Source: Acidimicrobiia bacterium
GTDB lineage: Bacteria > Actinomycetota > Acidimicrobiia > Spongiisociales > ZC4RG35
Assembly (NCBI GenBank): GCA_965215185.1
Contig: OZ244034.1
Span: forward strand, 352,001-416,000
DNA length: 64,000 bases
Reading direction: 5' to 3'
Positions 1 to 9,947 of this stretch are shown here, piece after piece. The notes under the pieces are model-generated. The model searched no databases, was not told where the DNA came from, and worked only from the letters and a program-made list of their open reading frames with translations. The translations under genes and the position numbers were made by a program. Numbering within the stretch: the first letter of the stretch is position 1; every line of letters begins with the position of its first letter.

Positions 1-2
1 TG

Positions 3-1166
3 CGGACCGTGGGAGGGGTGTGGGCTCGGATCGACCGGTCCCTGTTCGAAGCGGCGCGAACGCTGGGAGCCGGTCCTCGACAGGTCTTCTGGCGACTTAC
101 CCTCCCCCTGCTGCGTCCCGCGTTGGCCGCTTCGGCCGCCATCGTCTTTTTGTTCACCTTCACCTCTTTTGGGGTGGTGCTGATTCTGGGCGGCCTTCGC
201 TACCGGACGTTGGAGGTGGAGATCTGGCAGCAAACGGTGGTGTTTCTGAATCTTCCCGTCGCCGCCGCTTTGGCCATTGTCCAACTGGTGGGGGTGACCG
301 CGGTGCTGGCCTGGTATTCCCGATACCAGGAGCGCAAGTCGGTGGGGTTGGAATTGGCCGCAGAGAGCCGGAACCTTCGCAGGCCCTCCACCTCTGGTGA
401 GAGACTGGGGGTGGCGGCGGCGGTGTTGGGCACGCTGGGGGCCATCTCTATTCCGCTGGTGATGCTGGTGGCGCGATCGCTGCGGGGAGGTGGGGCGGGT
501 TGGCGTTTCTTGGCGGATCCGGGTGAGCTGGCAGTCACACCTGGTAGGGCGATGGCCAACTCGCTGTGGTATGCCCTGGCCACCGGGGTGATTGCGGTGA
601 CGGTGGGACTGTGCGCTTCGACGGTAATCGTCTCCGGCAAAGGCCGTCCGGCCCGATGGTTTGATGTGGTGTTGATGCTGCCGCTGGGCGCCTCGGCCGT
701 GACCGTGGGATTCGGGATGTTGGTGGCCCTGGATTGGCCGGTCGACCTGCGGGCCACGGTAGTGCTCGTGCCGCTGGCGCACGCTTTGGTGGCCACCCCC
801 TTTGTGGTGCGCACGGTTACCCCGATGCTGCGCTCGGTCGGCGCAGGGCTACGGGAGGCCGCCTCGGTGTTGGGCGCCTCACCGTGGCGAGTTTTTCGGG
901 AGATTGATCTGCCCATAGCGGCCCGGGCGGCGGCGGTGGGGGCCGGTTTTGCCGCAGCGGTTTCCCTGGGCGAATTCGGAGCCACCTCCTTTATTGCCCG
1001 GCCCGACACGATCACGGTTCCCGCTCTCATCTTCAGGCTGCTGGGACGTCCGGGAGCGGTCAGCTACACGGGCGCCATGGCCATGGCAGTAGTGCTGGCG
1101 GCCATGGTGACGTTTCTGATCATGGCGGTTGATCGGGTCCGGCTGGGAGATCTGGGGAGCTTTTAA
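3..1166 (+). CDS. Fe3+/thiamine-type ABC transporter permease (ThiP/FbpB family), 5'-partial
   Basis: Two EAA loops (FEAARTLGA, REAASVLGA), many TM segments, SLGEFGAT motif; the frame is open from the window edge. Confidence 0.85.
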   Translation, partial: RTVGGVWARIDRSLFEAARTLGAGPRQVFWRLTLPLLRPALAASAAIVFLFTFTSFGVVLILGGLRYRTLEVEIWQQTVVFLNLPVAAALAIVQLVGVTAVLAWYSRYQERKSVGLELAAESRNLRRPSTSGERLGVAAAVLGTLGAISIPLVMLVARSLRGGGAGWRFLADPGELAVTPGRAMANSLWYALATGVIAVTVGLCASTVIVSGKGRPARWFDVVLMLPLGASAVTVGFGMLVALDWPVDLRATVVLVPLAHALVATPFVVRTVTPMLRSVGAGLREAASVLGASPWRVFREIDLPIAARAAAVGAGFAAAVSLGEFGATSFIARPDTITVPALIFRLLGRPGAVSYTGAMAMAVVLAAMVTFLIMAVDRVRLGDLGSF

Positions 1167-1305
1167 ACAGCAGGCCCAGGCCTGCAAGGCCTATTAGGAC
1201 GCCTTCTTCGGTTTCTCATCCAATCTTCAGGCCTGTTTCAGGAAAGGTTCAGGTTTGATGAAACAGATTGTTAGTGCATAGCCCACTGCAGAAAGGAGAA
1301 GGTGC

Positions 1306-1761
1306 ATGCGTAAAGCAATCTTTGCGGGGGCGGTGGTTCTGCTGCTCGGCATTGGATCTGTGGCGTTGGCGCATCCTGGAAATGGTCTGTCCGAAGATGG
1401 AGACGCCGCCCATCGAGGCAGCTTCCTGGAAGAGGTCCTGACCGATCTGGTGTCCGACGGCACTATCACCCTAGACCAGCTTGACGCCATCACCGCCGCC
1501 CTGCAAGAAAAGAGGGAGGTGATAGCGGCGACGAGGCAAGAGGCAAAAGAGCAACTCGAGTCCTTCTGGGAGGACGACGTGCTGACCGAAGATGAAATCA
1601 ACCAGCTTGCCTTTGCGGATCGCATTCTCGAAATGGATGGCGTTTCCGACGCTCTTGCGGATGGACAGATCACCCGCCAGGAAATGGAGGACCTCCGCCC
1701 TGAGGTAAGAAGCGGTCACGGGCGAAGGGGGTTACGAGGTCACGGGGGTGGACGCCGCTAA
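1306..1761 (+). CDS. Hypothetical exported acidic protein
   Basis: AGGAG RBS, signal peptide (MRKAIFAGAVVLLLGIGSVALA), repeated L-x-DG-x-IT helices, Gly/Arg/His tail. Confidence 0.65.
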   Translation: MRKAIFAGAVVLLLGIGSVALAHPGNGLSEDGDAAHRGSFLEEVLTDLVSDGTITLDQLDAITAALQEKREVIAATRQEAKEQLESFWEDDVLTEDEINQLAFADRILEMDGVSDALADGQITRQEMEDLRPEVRSGHGRRGLRGHGGGRR

Positions 1762-1794
1762 GCAATTCAATCCCCTTCCCGCCGCTTGATCGGT

Positions 1795-1828
1795 GAACGG
1801 GCCCTGGGACTATCCCCGGGGCCCGTTT
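1795..1828. terminator. GC-rich hairpin between convergent genes
   Basis: AACGGGCCC...GGGCCCGTT inverted repeat. Confidence 0.6.
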
Positions 1829-1881
1829 CCGCTTTAAGGTCGCAGGAGCGGGAGCAAAAGTCCGGCTGATCTGGCCGTCCC

Positions 1882-2720
1882 TTATGCTCGCTCGACCGGA
1901 AGGCTGAAACCCACTTCGGCGCCAACGCCGGCGCGATTGCGGGCGAAAACCGTTCCCCCGTGGGCAGTTATCAGATGTTCCACGATCGCCAGTCCCAGAC
2001 CGGAGCCGGGGGTGGAGTGGGCTTGGCGGGACCGGTAAAAGCGCAGGAAGATGTGGGGAAGGTCATCCTCGGGAATGCCGGCGCCGTCATCTGAGACCGT
2101 CACCCTCCCACCCTCCAGGTTGATCTCCACTGTCGGAGCGGCCCACTTGACGGCGTTCTCGACCAGGTTGCCCAAGGCCCTTTCCAGCTGGGACCGCCGT
2201 CCCCTCACTGACGAACCCTCTCCGGAAACCTCCACTTCCTTGGCGCCCATCCGGCGGAACCGGAGGGCCACATCGGAGGCCAGTTCATTGAGATATATGT
2301 TGGTGAGATCCTCGTCGTGGTGTTGTACGTCGGTGGCCAGATCTACCAGTTCGGTCGTCAACCCCGCCAACTGGTTCGATTGGGTCAGGGCAGCCTCCAG
2401 CAATTCGCGGCGTTGAGCGTCGGCGAGCCCCCGGTCTTGGCGGAGCAGAGTCTCCAGGTTGGTCTTGACAGCGGTGATCGGGGTACGGAATTCATGACCT
2501 GCGTCGGCGACAAGTCGCTGCTGTTCCCGTCTTGAGGCCGCCAGTGAGGCGACCATCGAAGAGAAGGCGCCGGCCAGCCGTCTCCGATTTCCGCAGGCGC
2601 CTCCAAGTCGAGATGCTCTCCCGCGTCCAGCCTCTCCGTGGTGGCAATCTGTTCCGCAGCTTCCGTAAGGTCACTGACCGGTCGGACCGCCCTCGAGGCT
2701 AGTACCCAGCCTGTACCCAA
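1882..2720 (-). pseudogene. HAMP sensor histidine kinase (MprB-like), frameshifted and 5'-truncated
   Basis: H-box ADAGHEFRTP and N/G1/F/G2 boxes lie in 1882..2556; the HAMP part is in another frame (extra GA near 2581-2584); no N-terminus or response regulator upstream. Confidence 0.85.
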
Positions 2721-2735
2721 CTGAGACCTACACCC

Positions 2736-2824
2736 ATCGGTTTCCCGTCGTGCCTCCTGAACGAGATTGTTTCGATCAAAATGTGACCGGGCCGTCGCCT
2801 ATCGGTTTCCCGTCGTGCCTCCTG
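2736..2824 (+). repeat. 24-bp direct repeat, 2 copies, at the island edge
   Basis: ATCGGTTTCCCGTCGTGCCTCCTG at 2736-2759 and 2801-2824. Confidence 0.85.
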
Positions 2825-3006
2825 GATCTCACGCGCCGACGAAGGCAGCAGTGGAGTCCATTCTTGTGGTGTACGGGGGCCTGGTGGGGTTCAATGGGTT
2901 CGATCCTCAACGAAATCCCCTGTGACATGGTGCGGTAGCCAATCTAACTCCTCCCCAGACAAGATTTACCTTGGCCAGCCTCGACAACGTGAAGCTTCTC
3001 CTCCAA

Positions 3007-3963
3007 TCACTGGATATCGCCGGTGAGAGCCTGCCTGGGATTCGTTATAAGAATCGTAGAGACAGTTTCATCAGAGACGCCTTGCTTACGCAACTGAGGA
3101 ACGATTCTGGTCAGAAGATAATCATAACCATTACCGCCTCTAGCCCGCAGAGAGCTCCGAAAACAGACATCTTGTGATAGCAGAATATGCCTAGTAAAAC
3201 CTTTGTCGATCAAGGACACTACATACTCAAGAGCCCTGATATCATCAAACGAAGAAGCCGCGGTTCCAAAGTGATCAAAGGAGACGAAGGCACCTCGGCG
3301 TACCAACGATTCGTGATAGTCAATCACATCATTTGACGACATCCAACCGGCATCTGACACCGAATCGCAGTGACCGATGATGACGCGACACGGACTCACT
3401 CCTTCCTCTTCAAGGAGATCAAGTTGCACATGGCCCACCGGCCAGCGGGCGGCGTGCGTGCTTATGGTTACCCCGGTTCGACGGTGAGCGCGGGCAGCTG
3501 CCCTGAACACGCGTTCTTCATGAGCTGTCAGGAATGCGTCACAACCTATCTCACCAATGATTCCCGCACGTATTCCTGTACCGTCAATGCCGACCTCTAT
3601 TTCGTCCACCATCCAGCGAGCGAGCTGATCTACGCTGTTCTGGTCAACCCATTCACTGTCCAGGTAGGGGTGCCTATAAAGCCCGGTTCCCACAACGATG
3701 TTCAAGCCCGTCGCTTCACTGACCTGCTGGACCTGCTGTGGTTGACGGCCCATCCCTCGGAGAGTGAGATCCACAAGGCTTTGACCCCCGGCACTCTTGA
3801 AGCGGCTTAACTCCTCCACAGCTAGAGCACCGTCATTCAGCCAACCATCACCACGATACTCAGAAATCAAAGTGCAGAACACGTGCTCATGCATCAATGT
3901 CACTCCAAGATCGTCTGGTGATATCTCACCGAGCACCGTCGTAATATGCTGCCTGCTATTCAT
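3007..3963 (-). CDS. Phosphotriesterase-related amidohydrolase (PHP/PTE family)
   Basis: LGVTLMHEH, GIIGEIG, ISTH, IIGHCD and LLSQD metal-site motifs. Confidence 0.9.
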   Translation of the reverse strand: MNSRQHITTVLGEISPDDLGVTLMHEHVFCTLISEYRGDGWLNDGALAVEELSRFKSAGGQSLVDLTLRGMGRQPQQVQQVSEATGLNIVVGTGLYRHPYLDSEWVDQNSVDQLARWMVDEIEVGIDGTGIRAGIIGEIGCDAFLTAHEERVFRAAARAHRRTGVTISTHAARWPVGHVQLDLLEEEGVSPCRVIIGHCDSVSDAGWMSSNDVIDYHESLVRRGAFVSFDHFGTAASSFDDIRALEYVVSLIDKGFTRHILLSQDVCFRSSLRARGGNGYDYLLTRIVPQLRKQGVSDETVSTILITNPRQALTGDIQ

Positions 3964-4204
3964 GGGTCTGGGGTTACAGCATGAAACCACGGGGTTGAAT
4001 CACCAGGCACGTGCTTCTCGCTGGATCCAATTTCATTAGGCCAGTCCAAGCTCATTTGCCATTGTTGTATACCAAGCACCCAGAATGGTGTATTCGTGCT
4101 CCAAGGTGAACGCCCTGCGGGTTCACCTTGGAGCACTGTATCGAGCAGCCTGTTTCTGTGAATGGACCTGTCGCTCTGTTGAGATATCATGCCATCGACT
4201 TCGT

Positions 4205-5785
4205 TCATACGTCGGCACCAGAAGATCTATCATTAGCAGCCTTTTCTACCTCAAACGCAGCGTTAAACAACAGATCTTCATCGAAACGCCTACCGATGAT
4301 TTGTAACCCGATAGGTAAGCCATTGTCACCCGTACCACACGGTACCGTTATTGCAGGATGTCCCGTCAAGTTCGCAGGACATGTATTGAGATTATTGCGG
4401 AACAGGCCACGTTGCTTCGCCTGTCCGACTTCCGACTCCTCCAGGGTAGGAAGCCGAACAGCCTTCATCGGTGTCGTAGGAGTAACAAGCACATCGTATT
4501 CCTTGAACGTATCGTCCAGTTGCTGTGACCAAAAGTGCCGAAGATTCTGGGCCTTCGAAAAGTAGGTACTGCAATACTCTTGCTGCAGATATTTAGCAAG
4601 AATTAGATGTACGATCAGGAGGGGCGATAGAAGACGGCCTGAAGCGCGTCGTGCCTTTCCAAACAAGTTCTGCCAACCAGGATCACACATACCAGGCCGG
4701 GAATATCCTTCGAGGTCAGAATCGACCATCGCAGCAAGCGAATGAGTCATTATGGTCAGTATCACCGATTCGCATTGCTTCCACCACGGAAGGGAGATCT
4801 CTTGCACCTCCGCACCTTGATCCCTCAGTCCCTCCACAGCATCTCGGACGCTCGAGTTGACGTCCGATTCCCCGTCTAGCCAATCCATCGATTCCTTTAG
4901 AACGCCAATCCGAAGATTTCCGACGCCCTTCTCCCCAAGGCCCTGACTGTATGCCTGAGATTGGTATGGAACCCGAACAGACACTGGGCTTCGGGGATCT
5001 TCACCAGCCAACACCTCAAGTGCTAAAGCAGCATCCTTCACAGTTGACGCTATGGGACAAACATGGTCAAGCGTGTGGTCCACATAAGCGATGCCGAAGC
5101 TTGGCACCAAGCCATGTGTCGCCTTGATCGACACGACACCGCACCAAGCGGCCGGAATACGGGCGCTACCCCCCTGGTCTACTCCAAGCGCGATGTCAAC
5201 TTCCCCGGCCGCAACCGCTGCCGCGCTCCCGGACGAAGATCCTCCCGCGGAATACGCTGGATCATGAGGATTCCTCGCTGGACCAAATTCGCTGGACTCT
5301 CCTCCCGCGCCGAAGCTGAAACTATCCATGTTCAGTTTGCCCACGATTGTCCCGCCCGCATCAAGAATCCTCTCAACGACAGTCGCGTCCATGGATGGCA
5401 CATACCCGTCCATCAGCCGTGAACCGTTGGTCATCGGGACACCAGCGAGCTTAATGTTGTCTTTTAAACCAACTCGTTTCCCTAACAGCTTGCCCGATTC
5501 TGAGCCTCTCACTAAACAGCGCCGAATGTATACGTTGAACGGATCGCTCTCGTTATCGGACGGCTCGCCTATCTCACGTTCAGGATATCTGACTGGAACT
5601 GAAGGAATGTCTAGGTCATTAATTTGGTCGATTTGCGACAGTATGTTCCAGATCTGATCCATATAGGACTCGGCCTCGTTAGCGGACAAGCGAATATACT
5701 GAGAGGCCGCAAGTTCCTGTACCTCGGACAGCTCTGGACACCGCAGCCGCCCATGCAATCTATCACGATGCTCCATCTGTGTCAT
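4205..5785 (-). CDS. Amidase (amidase-signature family)
   Basis: KD, GGSSSGSAAAVAAG, DQGGSARIPA (Ser-cisSer-Lys family motifs). Confidence 0.92.
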   Translation of the reverse strand: MTQMEHRDRLHGRLRCPELSEVQELAASQYIRLSANEAESYMDQIWNILSQIDQINDLDIPSVPVRYPEREIGEPSDNESDPFNVYIRRCLVRGSESGKLLGKRVGLKDNIKLAGVPMTNGSRLMDGYVPSMDATVVERILDAGGTIVGKLNMDSFSFGAGGESSEFGPARNPHDPAYSAGGSSSGSAAAVAAGEVDIALGVDQGGSARIPAAWCGVVSIKATHGLVPSFGIAYVDHTLDHVCPIASTVKDAALALEVLAGEDPRSPVSVRVPYQSQAYSQGLGEKGVGNLRIGVLKESMDWLDGESDVNSSVRDAVEGLRDQGAEVQEISLPWWKQCESVILTIMTHSLAAMVDSDLEGYSRPGMCDPGWQNLFGKARRASGRLLSPLLIVHLILAKYLQQEYCSTYFSKAQNLRHFWSQQLDDTFKEYDVLVTPTTPMKAVRLPTLEESEVGQAKQRGLFRNNLNTCPANLTGHPAITVPCGTGDNGLPIGLQIIGRRFDEDLLFNAAFEVEKAANDRSSGADV

Positions 5786-5887
5786 CCGACTCCTTTACAG
5801 GCGAGCTCGATAGCTAGCCGTCTTTCCGATCTTATGCTATTCACTTGTGCAACGCTGGCATGCATTTCATTATCCTTACAGCACGAA

Positions 5888-6715
5888 TCATTCGCGGTTG
5901 TCTTGCAGAGTCTCTCCAGTCTCTATGAGACCGGTTCTTTTTGGCACGTTGACTACACTAGAAAGAAGAGCTTTTGTGTAATTGGATTGTGGATTAGATA
6001 TGACGTCTCTTGTGGCTCCAGTTTCTAATATTGTCCCTCGTTGCATCACCGCTATCCGATCACTTATGAAACTGACAACGCCTATGTCATGTGCAACAAA
6101 CAAATAGGTCAAACCGAGCTCCTCTTGGAGATCCATAAGCAGATTCAAAACCTGTGCTTGGATCGAGACATCTAGAGACGAAACGGGCTCATCCAGGAAA
6201 ACAAACCGCGGCTCGATTACAAGGGCTCTAGCAATGCAGATTCTCTGGGCTTGCCCGCCGCTGAACTCATGAGGGTATCGGTCTGCGTCTGCGCTTTTGA
6301 GGCCAACTAGGTTCAAGACTTCGGCAACACGTTTCCGGCGATGTAGCCGGGAAAAGCCGAAGTTGATCAGTGGTAACTCGATTGACTGCCCAACGGTCTT
6401 GACGGGATTCAACGCCTCCAATGGATTCTGCGAAACCATCTGAATCTCTCTTCGGAGTGGCCTCAATGCCTTTTCAGAGACTCCCGTGATCGACTGGCCT
6501 CTGTATCTGATCTCGCCGGAGGTTGGTCTGACTAGTCCCATGATCATCAGTCCTAAGGTGGTCTTCCCGCCACCCGACTGCCCGACGAGACCGAACGTTT
6601 CGCCTCGCAGTATTTGAAGATTGGCGTTCTCGACTGCGACAAATGTGCGGCCTTTGTACCCTTGGAACTCCTTCGATACGTCAATTACCTGAAGGAGAAA
6701 CGAGTGCTCACTCAT
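5888..6715 (-). CDS. Peptide/nickel ABC ATP-binding protein (OppF/DppF-like)
   Basis: GQSGGGKT, YPHEFSGGQ, DEPVSSLD. Confidence 0.92.
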   Translation of the reverse strand: MSEHSFLLQVIDVSKEFQGYKGRTFVAVENANLQILRGETFGLVGQSGGGKTTLGLMIMGLVRPTSGEIRYRGQSITGVSEKALRPLRREIQMVSQNPLEALNPVKTVGQSIELPLINFGFSRLHRRKRVAEVLNLVGLKSADADRYPHEFSGGQAQRICIARALVIEPRFVFLDEPVSSLDVSIQAQVLNLLMDLQEELGLTYLFVAHDIGVVSFISDRIAVMQRGTILETGATRDVISNPQSNYTKALLSSVVNVPKRTGLIETGETLQDNRE

Positions 6716-7764
6716 GTCGGTGAACCCGTTTCAAAGAGCCAACACTTCACTAGTGTGTCATCGGCTAGTCTAAATTCTGGAGGCGAGGATTGAAAACATC
6801 TCTCCATGGCATGTGGGCATCTCGGAGCGAATCTGCAACCTCGAGGGAGATTCTGAGGATCGGGTAGGCTTCCCTGAATTTGAGGGAGCCGCTTTCCCTT
6901 AGTTTCTAGGTCAGGAACGGAATCTCTAAGTCCGATTGTGTATGGGTGTTTCGGAGAGGTGAGAATCTCGCCAGTTGATGCCTGTTCCACTCGCTGGCCC
7001 ATGTACATCACGACCACTCGATCAGATACCTGAGCTACGACACCGAGATCATGGCTTATTAGAAGAACCGACATTCCCGTTTCACGCTGTACCTGATCAA
7101 TGAGCTCGAGTATCTCGACTTGAGTGAGAGAATCAAGCATCGTCGTTGGCTCGTCAGCTATCAATAGTTGCGGCTCACCTATCAATGCAAGCGCGAGCAT
7201 GATGCGTTGATTGATACCTCCGCTTACCTGAAAAGGGCGCAAACTAACAATCCGCTCCGGGTCCTCAAGATCAAGGTACGATAGTAGTTCAAGGCTCAAC
7301 TCCCGACCCTCGTCTTTAGTCACTGCTCGGTGCTTCCTAGCTGTCTCGATGAGCTGATCTCCAAGGCGAATTACCGGATTTAATGCGGCGTAAGGATTTT
7401 GAAAGATCATCGCGATCTGTTTGCCTCGAATCTCTTGCATCTCTTTATTGCTCTTTTTCATCAGGTCATGTCCTTTGAACATCAGCCGACCGTCGACTAT
7501 TCGACCCTGATGCTGCGGAAGGAGCCTAAGAATGGACAATGCGGTTACGCTCTTGCCTGATCCTGACTCCCCGACAACAGCAACCACTTCGCCGCGCTCA
7601 ACCTCCAAACTCATCCCGTCAACCGCCTTCAAGACACCATTTGGTAAGAAGAAGTGCGTGTGAAGATCGTCGACCTTGAGAAGGGCCCCGCCCCCATTGT
7701 CTTCGAGCATTGATGACCTGCTCAATACGACAGAGTCCGTTGTTTCGCTTATCCGGTTGTCCAC
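6712..7764 (-). CDS. Peptide/nickel ABC ATP-binding protein (OppD/DppD-like)
   Basis: GESGSGKS, DEPTT, HPYT, C-terminal GCRFAPRC domain; exact start uncertain. Confidence 0.92.
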   Translation of the reverse strand: MDNRISETTDSVVLSRSSMLEDNGGGALLKVDDLHTHFFLPNGVLKAVDGMSLEVERGEVVAVVGESGSGKSVTALSILRLLPQHQGRIVDGRLMFKGHDLMKKSNKEMQEIRGKQIAMIFQNPYAALNPVIRLGDQLIETARKHRAVTKDEGRELSLELLSYLDLEDPERIVSLRPFQVSGGINQRIMLALALIGEPQLLIADEPTTMLDSLTQVEILELIDQVQRETGMSVLLISHDLGVVAQVSDRVVVMYMGQRVEQASTGEILTSPKHPYTIGLRDSVPDLETKGKRLPQIQGSLPDPQNLPRGCRFAPRCPHAMERCFQSSPPEFRLADDTLVKCWLFETGSPT

Positions 7765-8696
7765 GTCCTCGTCCTATGTCTCGGATCGAGAGCGTCCCTG
7801 AGGCCGTCTCCTACAACGTTGAAAGCGAGTGCTACGACAATGATCAAGAATCCTGGAACGGTTGCGATATGGGGCAGTTCCTGCAGAACCACTCGTCCGC
7901 CAGCGGTCATGATTCCCCAGTCGGGAGTCGGAGGTTGAACACCAACCCCAAGAAAGCTGAGTCCAGCCGCCATGACGATCATCCCTCCCACTCCCGTCGA
8001 TGCGTAAATGATGACAGGAGGAATCACATTGGGAAGCACCTCCCGCAGTAGCTTCCTCCTTTGAGGGGTGCCAGCTACCTGCGCTGCTCTCAAGTAGTCA
8101 CTCCCGCGAACTGAAACCGCCTCGACAAACACCACGCGGGTCAAATATGGGATGGATACCACGCCGATTGCAAGCATCAGGTTCATCATGCCTGGTCTCA
8201 AGATTGTCGCTACTGCTATGGCCAGTAGCACAGGAGGGAACGCGAACATCACGTCCAGGATCCTCATCGCCAGACCACCAATCCAGCCTGCCGAAAAAGC
8301 TGCCATCAGCCCTATCGCGAGCGAGGCTGCTAACGCGCCGAGAACAGGTAGGACTGCTACTGGAATTGAAACCCGTCCCCCCCAGAGAAGCCTTGTGAAC
8401 ACATCCCGTGCCTGTCCGTCGGTTCCTAAGAAATGGCCCGGGGTTCCCAAAGGGGCATAACGCCCGACTTCTCTATGAGCTTCATTTGGGCCGTAGGGGG
8501 TTAGGAGATCGGCCCCGAACGAAGCAGCCACAACAACAACAATGAGGATTAGGCCGGTAAGTGCAAGCCGGTCACGAGCGAACGTCCGGATAATGAGTCT
8601 GAACTGTCCGGTTTGCGTTGTCGTGAGCGGATCAGTCTGCCGGGTCCCTTTGTCTCGAGCTACCGCTCCTTCCAGCACATCTCCCTCTTTTCTCAT
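7749..8696 (-). CDS. Peptide ABC permease (OppC/DppC-like)
   Basis: HFLGTDGQARD, LSFLGVG..P..PDWG, GDGLRDALDP. Confidence 0.92.
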   Translation of the reverse strand: MRKEGDVLEGAVARDKGTRQTDPLTTTQTGQFRLIIRTFARDRLALTGLILIVVVVAASFGADLLTPYGPNEAHREVGRYAPLGTPGHFLGTDGQARDVFTRLLWGGRVSIPVAVLPVLGALAASLAIGLMAAFSAGWIGGLAMRILDVMFAFPPVLLAIAVATILRPGMMNLMLAIGVVSIPYLTRVVFVEAVSVRGSDYLRAAQVAGTPQRRKLLREVLPNVIPPVIIYASTGVGGMIVMAAGLSFLGVGVQPPTPDWGIMTAGGRVVLQELPHIATVPGFLIIVVALAFNVVGDGLRDALDPRHRTRTWTTG

Positions 8697-8742
8697 TGCT
8701 CTTGGCCGAATTCAGGCTCAACGGGTTCTGAAACTGATAGCT

Positions 8743-9711
8743 TCACGTTCCAGCACCGACCGAAGCCATCGTTCGCGGGTCGACTAGTCCTTGAATAACG
8801 TCGCTGACGAGACTGATCGCGACGAACAAGAGACCGGTGAACAATACGACAGTCTGGATGACGGGTATGTCTCGCGCCGCAATCGCCTGAAAGACGAGAA
8901 AGCCCACACCCGGCCATGCAAAGACGACCTCAACAAACAAAGTGGCCGTGAATATAAACCCAAGCTGTAAACCGCTCACGTTTGCGATGGGGGCCACGAT
9001 GTTTCTAACACCGTGACGAAACACGATAGAGGCTTCGGTTATACCTCTTGCTCTCGCTGCCTGAATGTACGGTTGATCCAATGCATGAGCTAGCTCGGAC
9101 CTCGTCAAACGGAAGATCACTGCCATCGGAATTAGGGCAGCCGTCACTGATGGAAGAGCGGCGTGATGGAGCAAGTCCACTACGTCTGACTCGGCTCCCA
9201 CCGTGCCAATCCCTGACACAGGGAAGATTCCCAGCCTTACACTGAAGATCCACACAAGAACCAAGCCGAGCCAGTACACCGGGGCACTCGCCAGTACGAC
9301 AGCGAATGTAGTCATGATTCTGTCAACCGGAGAAAAGCGCTTCACTGCTGCCAGGATCCCACCAAAGAAGCCGAGAACGAACGCTATGGCAAAACTCAAG
9401 GCAACCAAGATCGCGCTGTTTACAACTGCTTGTCCGAAGATCTCTGAGACGGGTGTCTGGTATCTAACGGACGTACCAAAATCACCTTGAACGAAGAGAC
9501 CGAGCCATTTCACATACTGTACCGGCCAAGGCTGGTCCCATCCCAGACTCCTTAGCAGCGCTTCACGAGCCTCTGGTCCAGCGAAGGGACCAAGAAGGAA
9601 GGAACTTGGATCCCCTGGCACAAGCTTCATAAGAAGGAACCCAACAACCGAGATACCGACCAGCATCGGCAAGATAGCAAGCGCCCGCCTGCCTATCATT
9701 GGTACTATCAC
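8743..9711 (-). CDS. Peptide ABC permease (OppB/DppB-like)
   Basis: PGDP, GDFGTS, AARARG, EVVFAWPG, RDIPVIQ. Confidence 0.92.
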   Translation of the reverse strand: MIVPMIGRRALAILPMLVGISVVGFLLMKLVPGDPSSFLLGPFAGPEAREALLRSLGWDQPWPVQYVKWLGLFVQGDFGTSVRYQTPVSEIFGQAVVNSAILVALSFAIAFVLGFFGGILAAVKRFSPVDRIMTTFAVVLASAPVYWLGLVLVWIFSVRLGIFPVSGIGTVGAESDVVDLLHHAALPSVTAALIPMAVIFRLTRSELAHALDQPYIQAARARGITEASIVFRHGVRNIVAPIANVSGLQLGFIFTATLFVEVVFAWPGVGFLVFQAIAARDIPVIQTVVLFTGLLFVAISLVSDVIQGLVDPRTMASVGAGT

Positions 9712-9886
9712 GCTGATAACTTAATCGTTTCCTCAAGACTGCCACAGAACGTGGAGATCTGGTTTAGCTGAGAGGACCCCGGTTCATCAAGTGCCCGCTG
9801 GGGCTGAACTGGAACCACCTGCACCCTCTTTCATCGGACGATTGCCACCATGCTCCGGTCTCCTGAGCAACTGTGGATGACCGCTC

Positions 9887-9922
9887 TCGCATGGGATGGG
9901 GCCGAGACCCCATCCCATGCGA
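9887..9922 (-). terminator. Hairpin downstream of the SBP gene (terminator or mRNA stabiliser)
   Basis: TCGCATGGGATGGGG / CCCCATCCCATGCGA 15-bp stem. Confidence 0.7.
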
Positions 9923-9947
9923 TTACGAGACAGACTTGAGTCAACTA

